DNA from: Eledone cirrhosa
Taxonomy: Eukaryota
DNA length: 64,000 nt
NCBI GenBank assembly: GCA_964016885.1
Contig: OZ024754.1
Location: forward strand, 35,154,001 to 35,218,000
Direction of reading: 5' to 3'
Position 1 is the first letter of the stretch. Each line of letters begins with the position of its first letter. Under the pieces are notes generated by a model. It saw only the letters and a list, made by a program, of their open reading frames with translations, was not told where the DNA came from and did no database searches. Both the position numbers and the translations under genes were made by a program. Shown one piece after another: positions 44,680 to 57,932 of this stretch.

Positions 44680-44973
44680 TAAGTGTGTCTGTGTGTGTGT
44701 GAGAGAAAGAGAGAGAGTGAGAGAGTGTTTGTGTGTGTGTGTGAGAGCGAGTGGGTATGTGTGTGTGAGAGAGAGAGAGAGTGAGTGTGTCTGTATGTGT
44801 GTTTGTGTGTGAGAAAGAGAGAGAGAGAGAGAGTGTTTGTGTGTGTGTGTGAGAGCGAGTGGGTATGTGTGTGTGTGAGAGAGAGAGAGTGAGTGTGTCT
44901 GTATGTGTGTTTGTGTGTGAGAAAGAGAGAGAGAGAGAGAGAGTGTTTGTGGGTGTGTGTGAGAGAGTGTGTA

Positions 44974-45005
<32 letters not shown>

Positions 45006-45065
45006 TGAGGGTGTGTGAGAGAAAGAGAGAGAGAGAGTGAGGGTGTGTGTGAGAGAGAGTGTGTC
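43455..45065. repeat. (GT)n/(GA)n compound minisatellite with higher-order units
   Basis: Recurrent marker gtgtttgtgggtgtgtgtgagagag about every 115-125 nt. Confidence 0.95.
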
Positions 45066-46959
45066 TGTGTTGACAGATGTAGATATATCAGCAACATATG
45101 CTATTGTTATCCCAATAATATATGTCCTGACACCAAGGGAGAAAACAGTCCCTGGTGTGCAGAAACCCCAAGTTTAAGCTGCTTCATGGTCTCAGTTGAC
45201 AGAATGAAGAAAGCATTACCTCAGAGGATAGTGGTAAGGGAGGCATGCTGAAATAGCCATTTCACCTCATGGGGCTCATTCCTGCGGGTGGCCAACTCTG
45301 CTCTGATAACAATAAGTGGGCGGGTGGGACCAAGAACGCCAGAAAGCTCCAACAAAATGACATTTAAGGTACATTTAAGTAGAATCCTAACACATATGAA
45401 AGCATGAGCCCTAGTGGTTAGGGCATTGAACTCACATTCAGAAGGTCATTTTTGGGCAATGTGTTGTTCTTGAACAAAATACGTTATTTCACATTGTTCC
45501 TTCTGCCAAGAGCTGTGGCTGGCAGAAGTATCAACAATAGAAAGACCAATAGAAACATTGTTTCTTTGATCTGGTCTGATGATTGGTTCCATTCTTTTTT
45601 ATAAAATGAATTTGTTTTCCTGGATTCACTCAACCATATCAGATTGTGATTTACCAATGGCCATGTTGTTTTGGCCAGGTGGGGAAATTTCTATCCCACC
45701 AACTCTTCTGTTTATGCTTCTCATATACAGAGAGCATAAGAGATTGAATTTACATATTTTACGCTTAATTGGATGTTCATCTGAAGGCAAGTACCATTAT
45801 CCTTATGTCCATAATGGGAAATACAGACAAACATTATTTATATCAGACTCAAACAAGCACTTAACTGAATGACTCTAACTGTGGATGCCTCTTACCAAAC
45901 AAAATGTGAGGATTGAAGTACCCCAGAGGGCAATTTACACAAAAGCCTTTGATGCTTTGATTATTGGTATCACTTAGACTCTATTCTCTCCAGCATGATT
46001 ATGAGGGCCACAGCATTTGTACAATGTGGAAATAAACCATTGTCATTGTCCTGCAAGACCTTCAATCACTGGCTTTTGATGAATGAAGGGGTTTAATACT
46101 CCTGACCTTATTTTTGTTTCTTTCCATGATATAGGTTCATCTGGGATCTCATATAGTATCATCTTGTAATGTTTGCACCAAAATATTGAAAAGCTATAAG
46201 TCTTTTAACCCTAAGTAACTGCAGTATTTGGTCCTTAGTCTAGATGGAGAGGTTGGGAACTTTGGAACTAAACAATGTAATGGCAACCAGTTTGGGAATT
46301 GGTGTTGCTTTTAAAGCTGAAGTTTGCTATCCAGTCTTCCCAGGATATTCCATATACAGTAGGAAGATCCACAGGGGAGAATCAAAATCATGACCTTCAA
46401 ATTATTAAGGAAGACGAAGTCATTGCTTTTCTATGAATGTGAAATAATCCACTCAGGGGGAAAGGCAGATGGGTGAATATTTAGAATGCAAAATGGATTG
46501 GTCGAAATTAGGACAACAGGTATCACTCATTGGATGAATCTACTATTGTCCTATGAGAGTATGACATTCATGCACATTCTAGAACAGTCTAAAGTCTTAA
46601 TTGTATATCAATATAGAGGACATTTTGTAATTTTTGTCGTTTGTACACCTTCAAAATGCCAGTGTTTCAATATGTTCACTTACACAGCTTTTTGTGTTCT
46701 CATTTCAATTGTTGGGAAAAACTTAACACTCTACATGACCATAATTTACTGCTTAGTCATCCTAAATGATGTTACAATCCATTTACAATGCATCTGTACA
46801 TTGCTGCATTTAGTAATATGTTCCTGAAAATACACATCATAACACATACTAATTATCAGATCATGAAATGTTGTCAACCATTCCTGGTCTTATGTAGCTA
46901 GGCAGCAATGTGTTAGTGTTGTCACAAGAACAATATCGACTGTCATTGACTGTTGAATA

Positions 46960-47062
46960 GAACTTTGAGACATATGTCATGATCTACTTTGTAGATAAAA
47001 GCCTTTGTAAAGTCAAGATATAGCAGATCAACATTTGAATACTTGAGTAGCTGTATATGTAT
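46960..47062 (-). mobile_element. CR1/Jockey-type reverse transcriptase fragment
   Basis: SNVDLLYLDFTKAFIYKVDHDI resembles VDVIYLDFAKAFDKVDH. Confidence 0.65.
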
Positions 47063-47532
47063 ATTGGCAACATGACCCTCCCAAAGTATAACAATGTATA
47101 TATATATATATATCATCATCATCATCACTGTTTTATGTCCGTTCTTCCACACTAGCATGGGTTAGACGGGTTGTCCTGTTGTGGGCAGTGTCTGGTCGGC
47201 TGACCATGCCTTGCTCATACAGGAACTGATTTGGCTTGATTTCTACAGCTGGATGCCCTTCCTAACACCAACCTCATTTACAGTGAGTGCTGGGTGCTTT
47301 TTAGTGGCGCCTACACGTCCACTTTACAGTGTGGGCTGGGTGCTTTTTTGCCGTGGCACCTCCACGACCACCTTGCAGTGGGGGGTGTGGGGGCATATTG
47401 TCTATATGCTTCAGCTTGTACCCATGGGAGGTCGGGTACTCTGTATTTCTGCATGACGCCAGAGGTCACGGTCGTGTGTCATCGCCTTTGAGAGGTGTAA
47501 TTGGGTAAGGTCAGCTTTTATCACCTCATCCC

Positions 47533-47564
<32 letters not shown>

Positions 47565-47687
47565 TATATATATATGAAAATATTTCATTTATGGAATGAA
47601 CGATGTTAAAAAAAGATTAGCACGTGAAAATTAAGTAACTTGTTTTTCAATAAAATATGGAAGATAGTGGAAGTCATATATATATAA

Positions 47688-47872
47688 TAATTGTTTCTAC
47701 TTTTGGCACAAGGCCAGCAATTATCCCAGTGTATTACTGGTACTTTATTTTATCGACCCCGTAAGGATGAAAGGCAAAGTTAACCTCGGCGGGATTTGAA
47801 CCCAGACCATAAAGGGCCGTAACTCTGTGCTGCAAAGCATGGCGTCTGACCCTCTACCAATACTGTCAATCC
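47688..47872 (-). mobile_element. Family A SINE
   Basis: Near-consensus copy. Confidence 0.9.
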
Positions 47873-48013
47873 AACGGGACTAGCATAAGTTTCTCTGCTA
47901 GTACTGGTTGCATTTCAGCATACTCAATAGGTAAGGTTATGTAAAAATCTGAGAGTAGACACCAAAGTTTTTTGCTTCAATACAACACACATCAATGGGT
48001 ACCAGAAATCTAT

Positions 48014-48126
48014 ACCCATACTCGAGTTTCGGCCACTCTTAATGCAGCAAGTGAGCGCACAGAATCTACTGGCTGCATTTATTATGCAACAATGCACAAT
48101 TGGCGCATGTGGCTTCATCAGCAGGT
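48014..48126 (-). ncRNA. Type I hammerhead motif with long stem II
   Basis: ACCTG-CTGATGA-AGCCAC...GTGGCC-GAAA-CTCGAG-TA-TGGGT, with palindromic stem III ACTCGAGT. Confidence 0.7.
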
Positions 48127-48195
48127 CTCACCTAATCAATAACCAATGGATCGACAGATCGACATACACATTATATATATATATATATATATATA

Positions 48196-48717
48196 TTTGT
48201 TTTATGAGGTTTTTTATGTGAAATCGTGAGTCGAAACAAATATTGTTATACTGTGGGAGGGTCATATTGTTGTAATAATATTGCCAGGAATAATAACAGA
48301 ACACACTCACTGTTTGGTTGGTTTTCGCTTCTGTATCTTTTATATCTCCATAGTTAATTCATTTGGTCCTCAATGTTTATCATTGACTGACCAACGGTCA
48401 AAAATACAGATATAAATACATATATATAGTCTAACAGAAAAATGGCGTAGACATACAATACAACAGGAGGAAACATAATAGTACCACTGATGATGTTGCA
48501 GATGTGCAACGAAAGAACTTTGTTAGACTATATATATGTATTTATATCTGTATTTTTGACCGTTGGTCAGTCAATGATAAACATTGAGGACCAAATGAAT
48601 TAACTGTGGAGATATAAAAGATACAGAAGCGAAAACCAACCAAACAGAGAGTGTGTTCTGTTATTATTCCTGGCAATATTATTACAACAATATGACCCTC
48701 CCACAGTATAACAATAT
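48196..48717. mobile_element. Fold-back element with 197-bp arms and a hammerhead in the loop
   Basis: Arms 48240-48436 and 48521-48717 (2 mismatches). Related fragments at about 4570-4662 and 47066-47095. Flanked by (TA)n. Confidence 0.8.
48478..48531 (+). ncRNA. Hammerhead motif
   Basis: ATAGTACCA-CTGATGA-T-GTTGCA-GATG-TGCAAC-GAAA-GAAC-TT-TGTTAGACTAT, with a perfect 6-bp stem II closed by G-C. Confidence 0.7.
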
Positions 48718-48724
48718 ATATATC

Positions 48725-48764
<40 letters not shown>

Positions 48765-49372
48765 AATGTGTATGTTTTTATGTGTATCTGTATATATATG
48801 AATAGATTGCCGACATAGATCTTGTCAATAAAATAATTATGAGTAATGCTATCTGAACACTGAAGACATACAATAAGTGGTCCCCATTCTAAAGACAGCA
48901 AGGAAATTGTTCAAGGGGAATAAGTTGACAATTTCCACCCTCAAATCAATAAAGAGAAACTTTGGCCATATGTAAAAATATATTTAGTTTCCTCTACCAT
49001 CTTTTTGATACAAATGACAATGTTTACAGATGATATAAAGTGTAAAATAATAAGTTTAAGAAAAACCTGTCTCCATTTAATAAAAGTTTACAGAAAATTT
49101 GTCTTCATATAAACTTTTGTTTCTTTGTTTTAGTTGCAACCATATTTTTTAGTGTATGTATGTGTCAATGGAGTGTAACATACTGGCTTTTTTTCCTTGT
49201 GTTAGTCTCATGGTTACTGCTTTCACCAAGTAGTATTTCTGTTTGAGACAACTTTGGCAGATGTCACTGTGTTTGCTTCTTTCACAATGGTTATGAAATT
49301 CTACTAACTAAATATATCTAGTCAGTATCTAAAATACTATAAATACTAAACACTGTATAACAAAGCCTTTAA

Positions 49373-49597
49373 CCCTTTCGATAGCAAATTTCCTGAACAG
49401 CTTTTAGATTGATGATACAAATTTTTATTTAAAAAACATTTATCTAAAATCTTTCCATTATAATTTTATGTAAGAACCTTTGTTAAGTCATGTTCCAGGT
49501 TAGTATATTAGTGAATCTCTCAAAAGTTTTGAGTATTTCCAAACAGATTTGAAAATCATAGACAGAGTCTTTTGTTAGAAATATGGTAAAGAAAGGG
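49373..49597 (+). mobile_element. piggyBac-like MITE family 2
   Basis: TTAA|CCCTTTC ... GAAAGGG|TTAA. Confidence 0.8.
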
Positions 49598-50839
49598 TTA
49601 AAGTGTTATAATAGTACTTTTTATTTAATAAACTATAACTATTTTATTTACTACTAATATTTTCTTCTCATATGTTTTTTTTAAAGATATCCTAAAAAAA
49701 AAATGCATCATTTCAATTTTTCTTTATACAAATATTAACATTTACCCTAACTTGCTTCAGTAATTCCTTCTCCATGTTTTTTGTGAGAGCAGGTTATAGA
49801 CCGTAAAGTAAAATCTGATATCCAAAAAATTACACAAAAGCCAGCTAATAATAATAATTTAAAAAAAAATATGAAAGCATTAAAAAAAAATGAAAAAAAA
49901 AAAAAATGAAAAAGTAATACAAAAAAGCTATTCTAAAATACTAAGCAAGAAATAGTAATTCTTAATATATATATATATGTATATTTATATGTAGATGAAA
50001 AAATGAATACAAAACAAAACAATAAATATGAAAGACTTTTCAAGACGGTAATTTCCAGCAGGTGATTTTGAAGGAAAAAAAAAAAAAAAATCTACATATT
50101 CAGTGCTAAGCAGATTACTACCAATAGCAGAATGTGGTCACTGCTACCACCTAAACTACACTTCTAAGACAGCTATCCTCAGGAGGAACTTCATGCATTT
50201 AGAAATGGAGAAAATTTCTTTTTGTAAAACTTAATCCAATGTCTCTCTTTCCTGTAAAACTTAGGACTCAAATATTTACCAAATATATATTTATTTTTAA
50301 AAAACACAATATTTTAACTTTAACCTGTTCATGAAGGAAAAAAAAAATAACAACACACAAAATTTTCTTTGTGGAAGAAAAAATAGTCAATAATGTAATT
50401 ATTTATAAATGATATAAGTAAATAAAATAACAAATAATAATAATGTCAATAACCTTTTAGTAGAAAGAATGAATCTACAAGTCCTATTTCAAGATAAGAT
50501 CAGAATGACAGAAATAAACAACAACAAAAGCAATCATGTACATAAATTTTACACTTTCAAAATGTGTATGTGTGTGTTGAGAAAGAGAGCGAGAGAGGGA
50601 AAGAGTGAGAGAAAAACAAAGTGTCTTTATAGAAATTATTTTCTTAGTTTAATTTGTCTTTCTTCAGCCTTGTTCTACTTGATAACATTTTAAAGGCATT
50701 AAACTGTTGCTTTTCATGTAGATGGGGTCTCTCAATAATGTATTTACTTAACTACCCAATTTTCAATTATATAAACATTTAACAGTTCAATAATTTAGCA
50801 AGCAATGACACTACACTGGAAGATACTGAGAATATTATT

Positions 50840-51015
50840 TTATAGTATTTAGATATCAACCTAGCCAAAACCAGTTTTAGTCTTATCAAACAAAACCTAT
50901 AGTATTTAGATACCAACCTAGCCGAAACCAGTTCTAGCCTTATCAAACAAAGCCTATAGTATTTAGATATCAACCTAGCCAAAACCAGTTTTAGTTTTAT
51001 CAAACAAAATCTATA
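50840..51015. repeat. Three tandem units of about 58 bp derived from a MITE-like left end
   Basis: tatagtatttagata.caacctagcc.aaaccagtt.tag...tatcaaacaaa occurs three times. Confidence 0.85.
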
Positions 51016-51602
51016 TTGAAGGGATCCTATTGAAATTAAAATCTTCCCAAATTATTTTATATTTGAACCATATGTTTAGTTACTATGTTAGTAATGAAAT
51101 AATTAATAATTTAAGTAAATCCCTCAAAATTATCCATTTATTAATTAATAGTATTCCATTAAAAATACTGCCACAAAAGTTAATGAATTATAATAGACAG
51201 TCAATAAGAACTTAAAATATTTTCATAATATATATTTATATAATTTTGATGCAGATCTACAATTACAAAGCTGACATATTGCTTGTTCCATTACTATATC
51301 TGTTTGTCGATCTATCTGTCTGTTTGTCTATCTAATCTGTACGATTTATTATATTTTTGGTTTATTTTGACACAATTGTTATAACCAAGACTTACAATAT
51401 TACTGAAAACAACAATCAATATTAAATAAATAAATAAAGAAATAAAATAAAAAAGGAACTCATGGAAAAAAAAAACACCACAAAAAAAAGAATACAAACT
51501 TTAATCTGTTGACATACTGAAGGGAAACTTTGACTACTAAAATAATAAACAAACAGTCTTTAAAACATTAATCACACATATATTAATAGTAATAGTAATA
51601 AT

Positions 51603-51821
51603 AATTATTTCTAGTTTAGGTATAAGGCCAATGATTTTGGGGAAGGGGAAAATCGATTAAATCGACACCAGTATGTTGCTGGTGCTTTATTTTATTGACC
51701 CCGTAAGGATAAAAGGCAAAGTTAACCTCAGCGGGATTTGAATTTAGACTGCAAAGGGTTGTGACTCTATGCTGCAAAGCATGGTGTCCGACTCTCTACT
51801 GATACTGCCAAACCACTGCCC
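51603..51821 (-). mobile_element. Family A SINE (long variant with ggggaaggggaaaatcgattaaatcgac)
   Basis: Family motifs. Confidence 0.85.
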
Positions 51822-51975
51822 TCTTTGTCAGGTCAAAGTAAAATAATAATAATAATAAAAGTAATAATAATAATAAAGCCAAACAACTGCAATCTTAGAA
51901 GAATATGGTGAAGGCTGTAAAAAAATGGTGTGCACAGTCAGTAAGTTCTACATCAATAACATTGACAATCTTTAA

Positions 51976-52185
51976 CCCTTTAGCATTTACATTACTCTAT
52001 ATTTACTATTATATTTCCATGATAAAGGCTTTACCTCACATAATATCGAATATATATGAGATTTTGATATTATTTATTTTGAGAACAATACCTTAACATT
52101 GGTATCAGTGGCCAGTTACAGCCAGTTTGAACAGAAAGAGGTGAGAGAATTTTGGCCGGATACAGCCGGTTTAAATGCTAAAGGG
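51976..52185 (+). mobile_element. piggyBac-like MITE family 1
   Basis: TTAA duplication and 14-bp terminal inverted repeats CCCTTTAGCATTTA / TAAATGCTAAAGGG. Confidence 0.88.
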
Positions 52186-52908
52186 TTAAATACATTTAAT
52201 CATTTTTATACCAACCTAGCCAAAAACCAGCTCTGGTTCTAGGAAACAAAGTCACTCAATTTAAAGGGCTCCTATTTAATTTAAAATCTTTCAACATAAT
52301 TTTCTATAAGAAACACATGTTAAGTTATATCTTAGTAATAAAATTATAGTTTTAGTAAATCTCTCAAAATTCTCCATTAATGAATTGAAGCAGGGGGTAT
52401 AATTCAAGCATTGCTCCAGCATGACTGAAACTAGTAAAAGAAAGAGGGAAAGAATGTAGCAAGTTAAGTCACTTATAATGATAACTTTAAGAAAACAAAT
52501 CATTTGCATAGATTATCCCCTTTTACACAAAACAATGGGATGAACCAATTCTTATGTAGATTAAAAATGAAACTCTTTTCAAAACCTAACATCCTCATCA
52601 TCGTGTTTTGTCCATTTTCCATGCTGTCATGGGTTTGATGGGTTATTAAAGTTCAAAACAGGACAAGATCGGGCGAACCACCCCTTGTTCATATGTTCCA
52701 TTCTTCATATGATCTCTACAGCAGGGTGCACTTCTTAACTCCAAACACTTTACAAAGTGTACTGAGTGAATTTTATTGTGGCACCAGCACCACCTCTTTA
52801 CAGATTGCATTGGGTGCATTTTATCATGGTACTGGCACTACTACTTTAAAATACAGGGAAACATGAAAACAAAGTCATGGTAAATAAGAAAATCATTTAA
52901 ATATTTAA

Positions 52909-53141
52909 CTCTTTCATTACCATAGCTCTAATGAAACCCACTGCTTAGAGTTTTTACAAGTAATTTTGAAAATAATAATAAAAAAAATTGAAGGGATTTA
53001 GTAATATATATAACTTTCTTATAAGTTGCTGTTTGGTTCAGAGCTTAAAATTATGATAGATGGTTATTTTGATTAAGTATAAACACTTTAAAATATATCA
53101 TTGAACCAGAGATGGTTTCAGGTGGTTTGGTATCAAAAGGG
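52909..53141 (-). mobile_element. piggyBac-like MITE family 2 (reverse copy)
   Basis: ttaa|ctctttcattaccata ... ggtatcaaaaggg|ttaa. Confidence 0.75.
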
Positions 53142-53819
53142 TTAAACATTGACCATTTGTTGATGGTTATTGTAGAAATAGAAACCCAAAGATTAGAACT
53201 CACACTCACAGACAGACACACAAATAGAGACATTCAGAAATACAGAAAGACAGACAAATATACAGATAAAAATATGAATAAACATACAACTACATAGAAA
53301 CTATAAGAAATAGATCTATATGATGGGAGCATATACTTATGTTTAGAGAATCTATACGCCTCTCTTTCTCTCTCATACACATGTACACAGCTGGCATCTG
53401 GGTATTTAGTGCCCTGGTTAGCACCTCCTTCTTCCAGTTATGGGCCCTATTTCCGCAAATAAAATAATTTTATCTTGCAGGTTGGTCAGCTGACAAACCT
53501 AGGTTTCAACCCTTCTTGCTTTGACTGCTCTTAGAAAATTACTAAACTTCCATTTTCTACTCCTCTCACCTATGCCAAATCACAACACCATATGACTCAA
53601 TCTATTACTCTGTGACAAAGGTCTCTAGGGATTTATTTATTGGTCCCAGGAAATTAAATAATTCAAATTTTAGTTCAAATCTCATCTATTTTTGCCAGGA
53701 ATCGTGACTGACAGATAGTATCAAAATTGGAAAGACCAATGAAAACATTGTTTCCTTGATCCAGTCTGATGACTAGCGCCTTTCATTCCTCCACCCCCAA
53801 TTTTTTGTATAAAACTGTA

Positions 53820-54060
53820 ATCTTTACAGTAATGTGCTTCTCTGTGCTTCTGTCAGCACTAGTCCTGCTTCCATCATACACTGACATTATTATCTAAAGA
53901 GTAGTCTTAATCTAACAGTATAATCTACATCCTTTACAGTAATGAGCTTCTCTGAGCTCTGTGCCCTAGTTTGCCCTAATGTCAGCACCAGTCCTGCTTC
54001 CATCATACACTGACATTATTAGCTAAAGAGCAGTCTTAATCTAACAGTATAATCTACATC
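53820..54060. repeat. Local tandem duplication, two units of about 110-130 bp
   Basis: ctttacagtaatg...tgtcagcac.agtcctgcttccatcatacactgacattatta...aatctacatc occurs twice. Confidence 0.85.
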
Positions 54061-54248
54061 ATAATATTACTAATGAGTCTGACATGAAGCTAGACAGAGA
54101 CAGAGAGAGTGTTTGGGTTAGAGTTAACAGCAGATTAGTTGCACTGTTAAGTCACTAATGTAAATACAGCGACACATGAAATGAGGTTAATATATATTAA
54201 TCTCTCTGATTATATGTGTTGAAGGGTGTGTTAGTGTGTGAGTGGGAA

Positions 54249-54317
<69 letters not shown>

Positions 54318-54517
54318 ATAAATTAACGGAGCCATAGACTGGTGGTTTTTCCCTGTTTGACTGATGGCGCAATCTCTCTCTCTGGTGTGTTATCTTTTCT
54401 ACATATTGTATTATATATATATATATATAATTTGTATATATATTTACACACACAAAAAAACATATATATATATATATACATGTACATACATATATATATA
54501 TATATATACATACATAT

Positions 54518-54983
54518 GTGAAGGCGTGTGGCAGAGTGGTTAGAGAATTGGATTCACAATCTTGAGGTTGTGAGTTCGATTCCTGAACCCGGCGACGCGT
54601 TATGTCCTTGAGCAAGACACTTTATTTCACGTTGCTCCTTCTACCTGGAGTTGCGACTGATAGATAGTATTAGCAATTGGAAAGACCAACGGAAACATTG
54701 TTTCCTAGGTCCGATTTGACGAAAGTCGATCGATCCAAAAAAAAAATACATACATATATATATATATGTGAAGGCGTGTGTCTGAGTGGTTACAGAATTG
54801 GATTCGCAATCGTGAGGTTGTGAGTTCAATTCCTGGACCGGGTGATGCGTTATGTCCTTGAGCAAGACATTTTATTTTCACGTTGCTCCTTCTACCTGGA
54901 GTTGCGACCGATAGATAGTATTAGCAATTGGAAAGACCAACGGAAACATTGTTTCCTCAGTCCAATTTGATGAAAGTCGATCG
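54518..54983 (+). mobile_element. Two tandem tRNA-headed SINE copies (250-bp period)
   Basis: gtgaaggcgtgtggcagagtggttagag (box A), gtgagttcgattcc (box B), body gtccttgagcaagacac and 3' part ggaaagaccaacggaaacattgtttcc. Related diverged copies at about 45405-45580 and 53690-53775. Confidence 0.88.
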
Positions 54984-54985
54984 TT

Positions 54986-55017
<32 letters not shown>

Positions 55018-55018
<1 letters not shown>

Positions 55019-55145
55019 CATTACATTTTGGAATGGTGTACTCTGTGTGTATGTGTGTGTGCATATATATGTACATATATATATATATGTACATATATAT
55101 GCACACACACATACACACAGAGTACACCATTCCAAAATGTAATGT
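55018..55145. repeat. Perfect 128-bp palindrome
   Basis: acattacattttggaatggtgtactctgtg...(at)n...cacagagtacaccattccaaaatgtaatgt. Confidence 0.92.
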
Positions 55146-55273
55146 TTATATTTTTTTTGATATTCTCTAATTTATGAAGTCAAGGTGAAAGGAATAACTG
55201 ATTTCCTTAATGCAAGGGTAAGTCGTGGGTGCATAACCCATGCCTTGAGCGCGTAACCTTATTATGTAATGAA

Positions 55274-55348
55274 GCTGTCTGATGAGATCATGACACTGGT
55301 TGCATGAAATCCTGTGGCCACTGTCATCATTGAAATATGTATCACAGC
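55274..55348 (+). ncRNA. Type I hammerhead motif
   Basis: GCTGT-CTGATGA-GATcATGACA..TGTCATcATT-GAAA-TATGTA-TC-ACAGC, with AATAAA at 55355-55360. Confidence 0.75.
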
Positions 55349-55394
55349 CTTATCAATAAAGAACTTTAACATCTACAACTACTTCACATTTTCT

Positions 55395-55511
<117 letters not shown>

Positions 55512-56049
55512 CATATATATATACAGACATACATACGTGCATATATACATATATATATATATATACATACATACGTATGTACGTACGTACATACATACAT
55601 TTGCATTTGTGCAATCTTCATGATGTATTATGAAGATTGTTTAATGGAATATATAACAATAAAGATGTCTGAAGACAGAAATATGCAGAAACAATTCTTA
55701 TAATTCTTCTTTCCGATCAATGTTTATTCTGACATAGATCTGTGTCATTTTCAGAAAATTTCATAATGTAGTTTTTTTTGTTATATATCAAGAAAATAAA
55801 TTCATTTATTTATCAGTGAATTAATTTTAGAGAATTCTTTAGTATATTTTAACTGGAATATAATTTAGTGAAAATTATCATTAGTTTCTCACCTGCCTCC
55901 CAATCTCTGCAACAGGTGTACTTTCTGAAGAATTTAACATAGACTGACATGATTGATTTTAAAATGTTCTAAGCTTAACTGACTCTTTACTCGTTCATTA
56001 TCATATATCAAATGAAAGCCATTGTCTAAGATTTTCAAAGAATTTTGAA

Positions 56050-56320
56050 AACACTCAAGATGCAGGGAGATTGCTGAGTCCAAGCTAGCTGATGAACAGT
56101 GTGGTTTTCATCCCAGATGCAGCACAACCAGCTACATATTTACACTGCAGCAGGTCTTCGAGAAATCATGGGAGTATTGCCAAGAGGTATATTCTTCTTT
56201 TGTAGACCCCGAAAAGGCATTTCTTGGGACCCGCTTTAGAAAGTTTTGCAAGAAGGTTTCTATATGATGCCTGAGTATTTGTGTTCAGATAAATGGTGCT
56301 AAATTGAAACCATTCAATCA
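56050..56320 (+). mobile_element. Decayed RTE-type reverse transcriptase core fragment
   Basis: KLADEQCGFHPRCSTTSYIFTLQQVFEKSWEYCQEVYSSFVDPEKAF. Confidence 0.85.
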
Positions 56321-57744
56321 AGAATTTGGAGGAATTTAATAAGATAACTAACTTTCCTATTATTGAGTTGTTGTTTGGAACATAATTCAGTAAAGGTTGC
56401 TACATAAAATTATGGTGGAAAGGTTTTAGATAAATATAAACACTTTAAAATAAATAGTTTTGTAACATTATAATCATAAGCCCAACACCCTAACCATGAT
56501 CAATATTTTATTTTATCAATACCTGAAGGATAAAAGGTAAAGTATGAAATATTTTTGTTGAGATTGATAAAAAGAAAGCATTTGACTACCATCAGATGAT
56601 GGTCAACTTTTTCTCAATTTCTCTTTTTTAGTCATTTGTTTTGTTGTGGCAAAGTTTACAAGACAATAAGACTTTTGCTCATATCATATTTAGGATCTGT
56701 GTTAAGATATAAATGTATAGTTCCCTTAGTTAGGCCTACAGAACATTTGGTACTATGAGGGTAAGCAGGAGAAGGGTCATCAAAGTCATTAAAATCAATG
56801 TGGAAGCAGCAAGAATGCATAGTGATGGTTCTGGCTAAAAGGAGATGACCGTTTGGGTTAGCTTGGTCACAAGTTGAGGTTTCATCAAATTCAATCAGGT
56901 CACCTGGAGACAGTGACCTGATGAGTGCTGTATGACTCCAGTCACCCAGTAACTCCGGGACACAATATTAATAATGTGTCCAAGTATGTGCATCTGTGAT
57001 TAGGTCCCATGGATAAGTGGGTATGTTGTAAAACCCGAAACACTGTGTCTCCAGAATATAGATATCACGTCATTTTACTGGGGAAAAATGCTGAAAGATA
57101 TCACAAAACATATAACAAATCCAAGATACAACACTGTTGATGTGTCTAAATATATGCATCCACAGATGTATGAAAAACTCTAAGATTTTAATTAACAAGC
57201 CTATACGACATTTATGCAACTATTGTGACTCCTTGAAATAGGATGATTGATTAAATTAACCACATTTTAAAAATATATACTATAAAAATTCACTGATAAA
57301 TTAAAACAAATTTTCAATGATAGATTAAAAATTCCTAAAAATGATTTCAAAATAAAAATAAACTAAATGACAATAGTTTTTACACAGAAGTAAACAAAAA
57401 ATTCTGGTACACTTTTAAAAATTCTTGTAACCTACTTGACAATGTTTATATATATTTTCAAAACTGATTTTTTAATGATTGCATATTTCTGTTTAGTCAT
57501 CTGTAGTTGGCACTTCATTGGTTGGGTTATATATTTCGTAAATTTGAGAATACAAATATATAAGTTATACAATAAAGAAGAAAACAAACAAAAAGAAAAA
57601 AGAAAAACATGCTTTTGCTTTGAAAGAAATACAATTAATTAAGACTCATGAACCTAGTCAACAACATAACAGAAAATAAAATTTGAGATATTCATTACAT
57701 TACTTAATTTACTTTGAATTTTAGATACTTTCATATTAATCAAT

Positions 57745-57932
57745 AATTGTTTCTACTTTAGGCACAAGGCCAGCAATTACCCAGTTCATTACTGGTACTT
57801 TATTTTATCGACCCCGTAAGGATGAAAGGCAAAGTTAACCTTGGCGGGATTTGAACTCAGAATGGCAAGGGTTGTAACTATACTGGAAAGCATGGCGTCC
57901 GACCCTCTACCGATACTGCCAATCCACCACTC
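57745..57932 (-). mobile_element. Family A SINE
   Basis: Full length, 18-nt duplication ttcatattaatcaataat (57730-57747, 57933-57950). Confidence 0.92.

Noticed and set aside
43439-45097. 552-aa S/L/H/T ORF
   Set aside because: Translation of the CA/CT minisatellite.
54518-54600. tRNA gene
   Set aside because: Box A/B are present but run straight into a repeated SINE body, with no complete cloverleaf.
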